A stretch of 64,000 nucleotides of DNA from Anthoceros angustus (Eukaryota; Plantae; Anthocerotophyta). The notes under the pieces are model-generated. The model saw only the letters and a program-made list of their open reading frames with translations, searched no databases and was not told the DNA's origin. The DNA lies in the NCBI GenBank assembly GCA_010909165.1, contig VJWM01000107.1, positions 868,001 through 932,000 of the forward strand. Direction: 5' to 3'. The position numbers were made by a program, and so were the translations under genes. Position 1 is the first letter of the stretch, and the number at the start of each line of letters is the position of its first letter. Below are positions 38,978-50,721 of this stretch, piece by piece.

Positions 38978-39005
38978 ACTGCTGCGTTCCTAGGAACGCA
39001 GCAGT
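38978..39005. other. Perfect 28-bp palindrome at the array/flank junction
   Basis: ACTGCTGCGTTCCTAGGAACGCAGCAGT equals its own reverse complement and is not present in any unit. Confidence 0.95.
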
Positions 39006-39416
39006 TGCTGGGCGGAGACGTGGGCTCGGACGGGAGTACTCTTCACGCATGGCATGGGGAGATCAAGGGAGATAAGGCGCGTGCTGGGTCTATGAGATCG
39101 CTTGGCTTGGGCCAACTTCACTGTCACAGACTACAAGTGTTGAACGCAATTGGATATCTGCGGCCGCATGATATCCTAGTCCCAGTCCCAGATCGCAGAG
39201 GAACTGTCGTGTACGCAACTGCCCGGCCAGCCTGCGGGCGTTGGGGTCGCTGGATAGCATTGACCTGTAATTTCCCTTTGGCAAGTGATCGCAAAGCTCC
39301 AGCTCCACCTCTAGCTCTGCATGCAATGTCCAGTGAAGTCCTCAGATTTATTGCCTTTCCCGGCCCAGATCTAGAGCAGCTCCATGGCCGCCAAGTCGCG
39401 CGCGCAGCAATACACA

Positions 39417-39480
39417 CACGTGATCTCACCGGTGCCAGTGCCGGTGCCACGCCCCGGGCCCGGCCAGATACATATATTTC
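39417..39480 (+). promoter_or_regulatory. Putative STP core promoter (G-box CACGTG 39417-39422; TATA-like CATATATTT 39471-39479)
   Basis: Motifs lie ~145 and ~90 bp upstream of the ATG at 39565; motif match only. Confidence 0.4.
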
Positions 39481-39564
39481 CCGCAACGCTGCAGGGATGA
39501 GCAGAGCTGGGAGTGGAAGCCTGCTGCAGGCCGCGACCGGATCCGACCCACCCACAACCCAGCC

Positions 39565-41082
39565 ATGGCGGGCGGAGTCATGCACACTCCCGCCGGAGGG
39601 AAGCAGTACGACGGCAAGGTGACCCCGTACGTGGTGGTGGCGTGCATCGTGGCGGCCACGGGCGGGCTCATCTTCGGCTACGACATCGGAGTGTCGGGCG
39701 GGGTGTCGGGCATGGACGACTTCCTCTCCCGATTCTTCCCGTCCGTGTACGCCCGCAAGCACAACGCCAAGGAGGACGACTACTGCAAGTTCGACAGCCA
39801 GCCGCTGCAGGCCTTCACGTCGTCCCTCTACATCGCGGGCCTGCTGGCCTCCATCCCGGCCGCGCTGGTGACGCGGTACCGCGGGAGGAAGCCCACCATC
39901 ATCCTGGGCGGCCTCAGCTTCTTCCTCGGGGCGGTGCTCAACGCCGGGGCACTCAGTCTCCCCATGCTGCTCGTGGGGAGAGTGCTGCTGGGCGCCGGCG
40001 TGGGGTTCGGGAACCAGGCAGTGCCGCTCTACCTGTCGGAGATGGCGCCCACCAAGATCCGCGGCGGGCTCAACATCATGTTCCAGCTCATGGTCGGAGT
40101 GGGCATTCTGATGGCCAATCTCATCAACTTCGGGACCTCCAAGCTGCACCCGTGGGGATGGCGGCTGTCCCTGGGCCTGGCCGCCGTGCCCGCCGCCATC
40201 ATGACCATCGGGGGCTGCTTCCTCCCGGAAACGCCCAACAGCCTCCTGGAACGCGGGAAGGTGGAGCAGGCCCGGGACGTGCTGCAGAAGATCCGAGGCG
40301 TCCCCGATGTGGAGGTCGAGCTGGCCGACATCCGGGCCGCGTGTTCCCGCGCGCAGCAGCGAGGCGCCCGGCTCTTCAGCCGCCAGCTGGCCCCGCAGCT
40401 GGTGATGGCGGTCATGATCCCGTTCCAGCAGCAGATGACGGGGATCAACGTCGTGAATTTCTACGTCCCCGTGCTGTTCCTCACGATCGGGTTCGGGAGC
40501 GACGCCGCGCTCTACTCGGCGGTGATCACCGGGGCGGTGAATCTGGTGTGCTGCGCGCTGTCCATCGTGGCGGTGGATCGGCTGGGGCGGAGGTGGTTCT
40601 TCCTCCAAGGGGGAGTGCAAATGTTCCTGGCCGAGGTGGTGATCGGCGCACTGCTCCAGGCGCAGCTCAAGGGGAGCGATCCGCTGCCCAAGAACACCGC
40701 CACCGCCGTGGTGCTCATGATCTGCGTCTACGTCGCCGCCTTCGCCTGGTCCTGGGGCCCGCTCGGGTGGCTGGTGCCCAGCGAAATCTTCCCCATCGAG
40801 TCGCGCTCTTCAGGCCAGGCCGTGACTGTGTTCGTCAATCTGCTCTTCACGTTCGGCATCGCGCAGTCCTTCCTCTCGATGCTGTGTCACCTCAAGTTCG
40901 CCACTTTCTACTTCTTCGCGGCATGGCTGATCGTGATGACGGCCTTCATCTACTTCTTTCTGCCGGAGACCAAGAACATCCCCATCGAGGAGATGGTGCA
41001 TGTCTGGGAGGAGCACTGGTTCTGGAAGCGGATTGTTCCTCCGGCCTCTCCCAAACCGCAAGATAGTCTCCCGGAATTGTGA
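39565..41082 (+). CDS. STP: Sugar transport protein (MFS hexose/H+ symporter, STP family), intronless, 505 aa
   Basis: GGLIFGYDIGVSGG (proton-site Asp), DDYCKFD and SMLCHLK (lid disulfide Cys pair), PETPNSLLERG, QQMTGIN, DRLGRR, WSWGPLGWLVPSEIFP, FLPETKNIPIEEM..VW..HWFW are STP hallmarks. Confidence 0.97.
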   Translation: MAGGVMHTPAGGKQYDGKVTPYVVVACIVAATGGLIFGYDIGVSGGVSGMDDFLSRFFPSVYARKHNAKEDDYCKFDSQPLQAFTSSLYIAGLLASIPAALVTRYRGRKPTIILGGLSFFLGAVLNAGALSLPMLLVGRVLLGAGVGFGNQAVPLYLSEMAPTKIRGGLNIMFQLMVGVGILMANLINFGTSKLHPWGWRLSLGLAAVPAAIMTIGGCFLPETPNSLLERGKVEQARDVLQKIRGVPDVEVELADIRAACSRAQQRGARLFSRQLAPQLVMAVMIPFQQQMTGINVVNFYVPVLFLTIGFGSDAALYSAVITGAVNLVCCALSIVAVDRLGRRWFFLQGGVQMFLAEVVIGALLQAQLKGSDPLPKNTATAVVLMICVYVAAFAWSWGPLGWLVPSEIFPIESRSSGQAVTVFVNLLFTFGIAQSFLSMLCHLKFATFYFFAAWLIVMTAFIYFFLPETKNIPIEEMVHVWEEHWFWKRIVPPASPKPQDSLPEL

Positions 41083-41178
41083 GACGAGGCTCTGTCGTAT
41101 GATAAGAATAAAAAATGCCCAAGGCTGTTATGGTTCCGTGCTCACCTTGTGAAACCCTTCCTTCCTACCAGTACATTC

Positions 41179-44100
41179 TCACCGTCTGTCGTATTTCATG
41201 AAGCGGAGGGCAACCATGGACGCTACCATGAACACGATTGTGAACACGGCTAATAATCCCATGTCGAAGCCGATCTTGCTGTGGTCCAGAGTCCGCGCTG
41301 TGCTCATCAGGAGCCATGCAAGCAAGTTGCCCTGATCCTTCACGTGCACGCAGTTACAGCTCGGGCAGGTGCCGGTTGTAGGGTTCAAGCTGCAGCTCTG
41401 GCAATGCGGGGAGGAGGTGTCGCAATAGAAGGCCAAGGTGGTGAGTCCGTTGAGAGCGTATTGGGCGGGGTTCAGCCAGTATAGCCATATCCAAAACGAT
41501 GGGATGTCCTTCTTTGCAATCATGAAGCCCGACGTCATGTTCCTGGTGCGGTGTGCACAAGCCGTGTCATCTTATCGACTCAAGACGGTCGACACAACCA
41601 GAGCAAAGAAGAGAGGGGAAAGCCTAACCAGAGGTTTATGACGATGGGAATCACAACCGTGGCAGTCTGCAAAATGTGAAACAACGCGGTCATGTCAGCG
41701 GCCAATTCTTTCGTGTATACATCAACTGAAACAATCCACTGACAATGCCTCCTGGGTGGACCCTCGAGTACTCTGTCCTGCGCAAATTGTGGTGCAGGAG
41801 AATACATACCTCCGCGTTGGGGGTCATCGCTGCCATGAAGATGCCAAAGAAGGTAATGCACGCGGAATACTCGAAGAACAGAAACCAAAACTCGAAAAAC
41901 CGGGAACTACTATCTGTAGTAACTGCAGACATGGAAAAACAGATGCTGCAGAAGACAAGGGTAGAAATACACAAATAGGGGATCTGCAGAGACGGCAAGT
42001 GTTATTAGACTGCGTTGTACACGAGCTTTGTGTCCACACCTTACAAAACCGAATTTGCAACAGCAGAATGTAGCACGCTAGATGACAACCGTACCTCGGC
42101 CATGACCCAAGATATGCTGTAGATAAAGGAATCATACATGTTTGAGGCCTGCTCCCTGTAGTATACTGGGCGTTCTTGGTTCACCTATCCCATGTACACA
42201 CAGACTTGTCATGAAGAAGTGACTCAAAAATAAGCATGGCAGTCAAATATGAGTCAATCAGGATCCCGAGGCTCGACAAAATCTTTGAGCCAGACTTCGA
42301 TTGCACGAGCTGAGTACCTGAGGGATGACGTTGTTTGCATTAAGCATAGACATAAATATGACCGAGATGTACACCAAACCACCCCTTGAGACCATGCCAG
42401 GCGTATGGTCATACTTGATCTGTCAACCAAACACCACCGAAACCTTAGCAGATATCAGGTACATTCATGCCCACATCAGTTTGTTCTTGGAAGCAAGCAT
42501 GCTGCCAGCAACAAGGGATGAAGGCTACAGCAAGCAAGATTTGCCGAAATTTATATGTATGTAGCATAGACAGACTGAAAATAGTGACTGTTTCCCCACT
42601 TGCTACACTCTCTCGTCTGTTTCCAAAGTCACAAGACTGGCAACCAATCTAAAAAGGTGAATGAGGAACCAAACCTGCCAAAATGCACTCCCCAACAACA
42701 CGGCAAGAATTGCTGCAAAAGTAATGCGCCCAAAGCTGCAATGATCAAAGTCTCCAAATATCAGTCTCGTAATCTCCATTTCTCCAGATTAAACAACAAA
42801 AGGGTGTACATGGATGCAGACATACATCCTAGCAAGCCAGTTACCTGTACGCCACATTTCTCCAATATGATCTGTACTGACGTCTAAGCACACAGGCAAT
42901 CATCGCAGGAAAACTTGCGCCATAACCCGAGACAACAGGCTCAGCCCCTAGTGTTCCCTTTCCAAATCGGAGGATTTCTAGCTCCTCCCCTGATAACCCA
43001 GTATGACACTGTTAGAAAACAAAACAGCCCTGAGACCATGTGTATAGTTTCTGCTTCATTCATGGTCTAACAATTGAAAGCTACTCACAGTTAGTCGCAG
43101 CCAGGCTACTTTCTCTGTAATCCACCCCAAAATCCCTGTCTGCAGCGTGGCCAATCCCAGCTCCAATCACTTCCAGCATGTACGTTGCTGGGTTCTGATC
43201 TTCCCCACAGCGTCTTGTGCCAGGCAGAGAATGGAAATATTCCTGCAGGGCCCATAGTTCCACATCTTGGAGCATATAAGGTCACAAGGAAGTGCCAAGT
43301 CCGTGAGGAGGTTGAACTAACCAGAAGATCTTTGGCATCCACCCCTACTGGTCCAAAATAGGCCACCTCGCCACCACGCTTTAGGAGCAGAAGCTGATCA
43401 AAAGCCAAGAACAGCCTCCTGCTTGGCTGGTGAATAGTACATATCACACTACGGCCAGTTCGAACAATCTTACTGACCCCACGCATGACAACTTGAGCTG
43501 CTCGGCTGTCTAAACCACTTGTAGGCTCATCAAAAAAGATGATACTGGGGTTTGCAGCCTACAACCCAGCCAGAACATGGTCCAGGTCACATTTCTTCTC
43601 ACTAGCATGCCCAGTCAAAACAACTACCTTCAGGATTAACTACGTGTATGTAAAGTTCAACTGTCACTTACAAGCTCCACACCAATAGTAAGACGCTTGG
43701 CTTCCTCTACAGACAGTCCTGTGTCACCAATAGCCCCCACAAGCTTGTTCCCAGCATCTTGAAGCTCTAGCAGCTCCAAAACCTTGCAGTTGCCCGTTAC
43801 AACATCCCCCGTTTTCATGTTAGATGGAGGTGTATGGTGAAGGAACAACTGACAGCAGATGAAATTGCCCAAGGACCTGGCATACCTCCTTCACAACTGC
43901 TCTCCTCTGAGCTGCACTCGTTCCACGGGGAAGCCTGAGTGCGGAACTAAATTCTAGGGCCTCTTTCACAGTAATGAACTTCATGTGGATATCATTCTGT
44001 TCAACATACCTGACAAAAGAGTTCAAGATTTTGACTTGGAGCTCCCTTGCCGTGCACAATATGTACCAAAGACTTTTCAAAACTGCCTACCCTGCTACAC

Positions 44101-47100
44101 GTGCAAATGTCCCTCGCACTTTGGGATAGCCATTCAAGAGGATGTCCCCCTTGATGCGGCCTGTTGTCTTACGGCCAGCAAGTACATCAAGAAGGGTCGT
44201 CTTCCCCGCACCACTACTTCCCATCAAAGCCATCATACTGCCAGGCTTAACATAACCAGAAACGCCACTAAGTAACACTCTTGGGTCCTTGATTCCTGGT
44301 ATGTCCACCTGTTTATCAAGAGTGAGAGAACAGAAACTCTTAACTATGAACATGTTCACACTACATTTCGAGACACCCTCAGGGACCTCTTTAACCACCC
44401 CAATTAGAAAACCAGCGAGAGCCTCCCAGCGGCAAAAACAGTAGTCCTCTGTGAGACTCTTGGACGTATCTTTGCATTCCAAATGATCCACAAGGACCAT
44501 GACTACAACCCAACAGCAGTACACTTACGCTAATACTGGTGGGAGGATACCTCATACGAAACTTGGTGAAATGAAAACACCATTGGTTCAAACTTGAGCA
44601 TGCTGCCACCAGAGCTTCTTCCTGATACCCGGTTCTCCAGTTGGCTGGGTCGACCTCTGTCAGTGGCACTTTTGGATGCTTGTTTGTTTTGTAGTACACG
44701 AGCAGCAGAAGGGAGTTTTACCTGCAAAGCACAGAAGAGGGGAAAGCAAATGACGCATCTGATCAGGAGTAGTATGTAGCACGCTGGATTTTGGGTGTAA
44801 CCAAAGAAACTTTACTTGCGGATAGGTAGTTTCCTTACATCATCAAACCGAAGGTTACCCATGGTCCAGAACGTCATACATGTAAACACAGTGTAGTACA
44901 CGAAGAGGATGATCAAAGGGAGCCACACGCCCCTGAAATATGTTGTTGGCAATTCATAAAGGTCTAAGTATGCCCGCCCTATGGTCATGTCCATTCTTCC
45001 CCCACAGTAAGGGACTGCTGCGCTGCAGGGCTGAAAGAAGGGACCTTGTCAGTGAGTCCCAGGCAGAAGCATACCCGGACTTCCTTCAAAGCTGACACTA
45101 TCCGAAATTTGTGCTTAGTAGTACAGTCCAGGCCCCTAGACATATTGACCATGCCGGTCTGTAATTGAACTATATAAGTCGATAGGGTATTTCAGTTAGC
45201 TAACTTGGTCATATTTGCCAGAAAGGAACTCATTGCAAATCAGTCCTGTCACACCATACTGTAACGGACTTAAGTAGTAAGCCCAGATCCACCAATCAGG
45301 AACCTTGTTTTTGGTGATCATAAATCCAGAGAATAGTAGATATATAATAATGCAAAGGCCTGCCATGAGCTAGGGTCAGCAGCAGGGCCCCTTCCGAAGC
45401 GATTCTCAGCGATTCTCACATACCAAGCAGCCAGCATGAATCCACTGGACAGCAAAAGTGAGGGCGACAGACATGTTACCTGCGGAGCTCATTGCACTTT
45501 CCCGGGTACGTGCTATAGAGGCAAGAAATCTCGTCATTGCTGAGCCCATAAGGGCAGCCGCAAAGACAATTGCTATGTACATCAAGAAGTGCACCCCATG
45601 TTGTGCTGAGCTGAGCCCTGTAAGCCAATAAATGAGGGGGCAATAGACTATCATCTGCAGTTCAAGGGGCAGATTAGGAGTTCACCTCAAATACAATTAA
45701 CACTGATCTATCAACCAGTCAGGACAGAGGAACTTGCAAGCACAATTCTACTATCAAGTCAAAGCTGAAGATCTGTGAACACACCTCTAAAATAGAATAG
45801 GGGATTTGGGCCAAGGTGATAGCAATCACATACGAATTAGCACGATAGAATCTTGCAGCATATTGCTTCTCAAACACCTACACAAAGTTCAGCAATCAAC
45901 AAACACTTGGCTGAACAACATGAATACTGTGGTGTTCAGTTTCGTGCAAATTTCTAAACACCTTCCGCTCTTCAATAATCACTGGGATCTGTGACATGGT
46001 TGCCAGTGCCATTGCCATGCATGCTGTGAAAGACAGAGACTTGCGCAGATCCATTTCAGAACGCTCTGGACCAGGAGGAACTTGATAGAATAAAGTGCCT
46101 GTAAATAACCCAAGGATAAGGACCTGCAACCGTAAAATTGATCACACTAATGAGTCGGAAGACAAGTTAATGACATAAGAACCAAGACAGTAATAATCAG
46201 CACAACTATGGATACAAGAAGAGCAAGAAACGAAATTCATGGCACTCCTAAGACATTTCACTCGTTCAACTCACCTGGGTGAAGCGAGCCACAACAAAGG
46301 ACCGATTCCGTATCAACAGCTTGCCCTGGCGACCCAGCACCGTCTTTGTGGAATCCCACCAATCTTGCACAAACTCCTTCTCAAAGGCTTTCTTGAAACA
46401 AGTATCTACCTGAAACATAAAAGGACTTGAGCGGTGCCATTACTTGAGTTTGCAACAACACCAACTACTGAGCTTTAGTGCACAACCTCCTCTCTTTCAC
46501 GTTGTAGCTGCATGCGAACTGGGTCTGGAGCATCAACAACTTTCTTCACAACATCAGCAGCGAAGACGGCAGACTCTGCTCCAGCAATATACTCAAGCCT
46601 CCCATTGGCGCCTAAAACTCCAGTCACACAGTCCCCTTCCTTAACTCTCCCAGTTTGCCTAATATCCGCAATCGCAATATTTCCAGTGGGGTCCACCTCA
46701 CAGACCTCGATCACGTTCCTTTCACCTGTTTTAAAGATGTCATGACACATACGATGCTGAGGAAGCGCCCCGCAACATGCATGTGGACTGGACTTCACTC
46801 AGTTGGAGGGAACAAGTCACCGAGAACTTCCAGATTGTAGCATCACCCTGGCTGAGATCAGTGCAACCACAGATTCCCCTCAAAATGAAGTCCTATTTGC
46901 TAGTGTTTGAAGACTGAGCAAGAGTTCACCTGCTATCCCTTCACCATCACGGAGCTTCAGCCCTAAGGGCTTGTCAGCTTGAACCCAGATCTCATGCATC
47001 ACCTGAAATTACGGACCGTAGTTCAGAGCTCTACAATTCTTAGAAACAAAGGGAGGTCACTCCAGCACATGACCAATAGGTATACCTTTGGAGCATCGAT

Positions 47101-49937
47101 GATTCGAAGAACCTCCCTATGTAAATCAGAGCTTCTGTAAGCCTTCATGAAGCTCTCAGCATCTAGGTGATGGAAACCAGGCTGCAAAAACTGCCTGCCT
47201 TCGGGCGTCGTTATCTCCTGCAGGAAGTCTGCTACATCCACATGCTGTGGTTTCACATACCTTCGAATAAACGAAAATCCATCAAGATGGCTATCAACCA
47301 ATAATTAGACTCAGCTAGAACATATGGCTCGCTGGGGGCCAAAAGATACCCGAGTGCAGAAAAGTATGGTAACACATCTTCACATGGTCCCTGGTAAATG
47401 ATACGGCCTTCAGCCAGCACAATAAGCCTGCTACGGCAGATACATGTCAGAAACATCCCCAGGCTTTAATCCCATACTGTTTCATGAAAACAGGACTCAC
47501 AGCAGTGAGCCCTGTTTGAAGCTCATGAGCCTGTGAAAGCACAACGACAAACCATGCACTACAATTCGTGATAGTTGAATGACCTGTCAATGAGGCCAAA
47601 CACTTCCGGTGATGGTTGAAGGAGTGAGAGAAGGCAAGTCATCTGCTGTATCCTTGCCAACATTCGGATCGCAGAAACGATGTCATATGTAGCAGAACTG
47701 TCAAGCCCTGTGCTGATTTCGTCTAAGAAAAACGCCACATAAGTACCTGCTCAAAATTGCACAAAATCAGCTAGGAACAGAAGCAGAAAGGAACAAGACT
47801 GTGAGCATATCAGACAGACCGTATCTTTTGTCCAACAACCTTAATTTACGGTGCAAAAAGTTCATGAGGCCTGCCTGCAACCATTTCAGCAGTTGTAACT
47901 CGATGGCGTTCACCACCACTCACACCCCGTACAAATTGGTTACCAACAATTGTGTCCGCAGGGCCACGCAGCCCAAGTAGGTGCAAAAGTAACTCCAATT
48001 TTAGCTTCTTCTGTCCATTTTCGCCCTGATTGAGGACACCCAAAGCTCCCGAATCGGCAAAAAAAAGGACACACCGTTCCAAACAACTACTTTATGCCTC
48101 CAAATGTGCCCAAAACTATATAGTTCTTCAGCAGTGCTTGATATGCAACCATAAACAGCAACTAACTCACGGACACTCCTGCCATGGCCTTCTCCTCAAA
48201 TGGTGAGCTTGTACATTTGCTAGCAAATTCGCAAGTTTCACGAACTGTGAGAGTAGGGTAATGCCGGTCAGTTTGCCCAATATATGCTGCAACACGGCGT
48301 ACGTTGACGTCCTCCACCTTTCTCCCATTATATGTGACTGCTCCTGTGTAGCTACAGGATTTCTCCACAAGTAGCCTTCCAGCAAGTGCTTTATGCAAGC
48401 TTGTCTTCCCTGCAGAGCGACACTTTAGTCTGAAGGTGACAAGCACACAGCGATGACAAAGGAGTTCCGAGCTTTGTACACTAGCAATAAGCAGATGCTT
48501 AGATTACCACAGCCAGGGGGTCCGCAGACTAGAGTCAGAGTCCCTGGCATAAGGTAGCCTGAGCATTCCTTCAGTACATCAAATGTTTCAAATTGTCCTC
48601 TCTTACGGAAACAGGGAAGCAGACATCCCAGTAATGCAGAACCCACAGTAGGAAATTGCTGGTCCTCAACAAGAACCTGAGATGTGTATGCCAAGTTCTT
48701 GAAGAAAATGACCTGTGGAACCATACAGAAAACAAAGAGAAATCGAGTTCAGAAAACAAGGAAATTTGCTGCTAGAAAGATAGCCTTCTCAAGTCTGAGA
48801 ACGTGATTTGAGTAGGAAGCAGGGCAAGAAGTGTGAAAGTAGTGGGGATAGTATGAAGCATAGGGGGGTTACCCTCATGCACGAACAACAATATCAGACA
48901 CTCTTATGCACAGTTTGTCGTCCAAAAATGCTCACCTGGGATGGAAGGGAGGGCGTATGCTTTTGCAATTTCAGAAGAAAAGCCAGCAGTCCATCCTTCA
49001 ACAGCTTGTCCACCCCAGTAAGCTCTGGCTCTCCTGCTACGGCTTCAGTGGGCGGGAGCTTAAATGCCTGGAAGAAACAGCAGAAGAGAGTAACTATGAT
49101 ACACCAGGAGTCCAACTCCTAGCATCATGGGAAGAACCACACCAATAAGGCCAGCAACAGACCCGTCAGGCTCAAAACGACATTAAATCCACCTAAAACT
49201 GGATGAGCATGACTCGATCTGTATATTATTTGAACAGCGGCGAAAGTTCTCTACGACAGGCGATGGTGGTGGGGACTAAGACGCGACCTTGCAGTCACGC
49301 TACAGAAGAGCAAAAGACGTGCAAGCATGCAGACGTGCAGATAAAGAAATAACCGAATCCAAATTCCGTGAATTACCGCCTCTAGCAGGAGATTAGATTC
49401 TGAGACATGGCCCAGATCAACAAGCGCCCTGTGATACTCGATAACCAAGCCAGTCAACTCAGCTTTTCCAATTGTTCCCAACCTTTGTCTAATCGTCTCA
49501 GCAGTGAGAACAGATTCCCCTAATCCTTGTGAAGATTCCACCTTGGAGACCCTGCGTAGCTTAGGAGCCGGACCTGCCTGTGTCTTCCTCTCGATACTCA
49601 AAACGCGTGGGCTGAAGCTTGTGGAGGTTTCTGCAAAGTTTCGCTTTCTACCTGGAGAGAATGGGGATCCTGGCGGTGAAGTTACTGACTTTCTCCTCGC
49701 CGCTGCCCCAGCAACTTCATCTGTGTGGTCGTACCATGTCCGAAGTCTGTCCTGAAAATACTGTGCCTCTTCTGAACTGATGTCACGGGCTGCTTCAAGA
49801 ATATCGATCTGAACGGAGGACGGTCCTGCTGCATCTGAAGGAATTTCCACTCGCAACCCTGAACTGTTTCCATCAGCAGTGTCAGGTGGACCAACTTCGT
49901 CTGAATTTGTGAGAATCCTGTTCAGAGCTGCAAACAT
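41179..49937 (-). CDS. ABCG: Full-size ABCG (PDR-type, NBD1-TMD1-NBD2-TMD2) transporter, multi-exon; start codon tentative
   Basis: NBD1: GPPGCG|[10 protein letters not shown] (intron-split), [32 protein letters not shown]2: [70 protein letters not shown]. TMDs: [25 protein letters not shown] and [28 protein letters not shown] introns separate the pieces. Confidence 0.93.
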
Positions 49938-50721
49938 GTCTGATGGACAATGTGAGGCAGGGGAGTTGCGATCACCAGGCGTCCCCGGGTGTAAGGTTTA
50001 GGTCAATTTGTCAAATGCTTTCATAATCTGCTTCCAGCCATAAGCCATTGAAGACTCCTTCCACTCAATACCGCTGTTCTGAGTGACAAAACTTTGCCTC
50101 TTGCACAGCTATTGTAGACCCAGTTTGACGCACGGCCTTCTGGCTGCTAGCCAATCAGAGGGCACTAATCCTTCCTCACATCCAGTTCAGATAGTCACGA
50201 TTCTTCACCAGCACGAGATGTGACATGTGAGCTCTTAGCAGACGGGCTTCACACTCTGAGTGCGTTCTTCTGCAACCAGTTCAAACACCCAGTATCTTCT
50301 GTTGCCCGGAAGGCTATGAGGATGGCGCTCATTCCGTCATTCACATTCCTAACATCCGGCTTGCTCGTAGATACTTTGAAGCTTGATTGATTGTCAAGCA
50401 GAAAGCAAGAAAAATCACATCCAGCTGCCCAGCATCACCATCCCGGTGCAACTCAGTAGCAGATGCCTCCGAGCAGAGACTGAAGAATCTGAAAGAAAAT
50501 TTTGCGACGTGGGGCTGCATCGAGCCACAGCGGAGTGGGCTGGTGGGGTGCCGATTGTGCTCAAGGTTTCCTTTGGATGATTAACGAACTCCACACGGCC
50601 ACAAGAAGACTTCCAGAGGTCCCTTGCCTTGACGGTTGAGAGACGTAACGAAACAGGTTTCAAAAGCGTGTGCTCCTGTTTAGCAGGTTGAACAGTCAAG
50701 TCACACAAGCAAGCGAGCTGA

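Larger units (their letters stand above)
1..38979. repeat. Head-to-tail tandem array of a ~6.49-kb mosaic unit (6 full copies + 65-bp stub; left edge outside window)
   Basis: Anchor GCCACGGGCGTTACCTCTAC recurs at 1, 6490, 12987, 19452, 25946, 32432 and 38915 (periods 6489, 6497, 6465, 6494, 6486, 6483). The ORF track repeats with the same period. Identity to the unit stops after ...GCCCTTTAC at 38979. Confidence 0.97.

Noticed and set aside
1-38979. rDNA or 5S tandem array
   Set aside because: No recognisable 18S, 5.8S, 25S or 5S sequence in the unit.
39497-39622. Overlapping uORF upstream of STP
   Set aside because: The ATG is only ~25 nt past the TATA-like motif and is probably at or before the transcription start; cannot be supported without TSS data.
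39124-41066. 498-aa antisense ORF and 517-aa alternative-frame ORF over STP
   Set aside because: Expected shadows of extreme GC3 bias; compositions are Arg/Gly/Pro-rich with no motifs.
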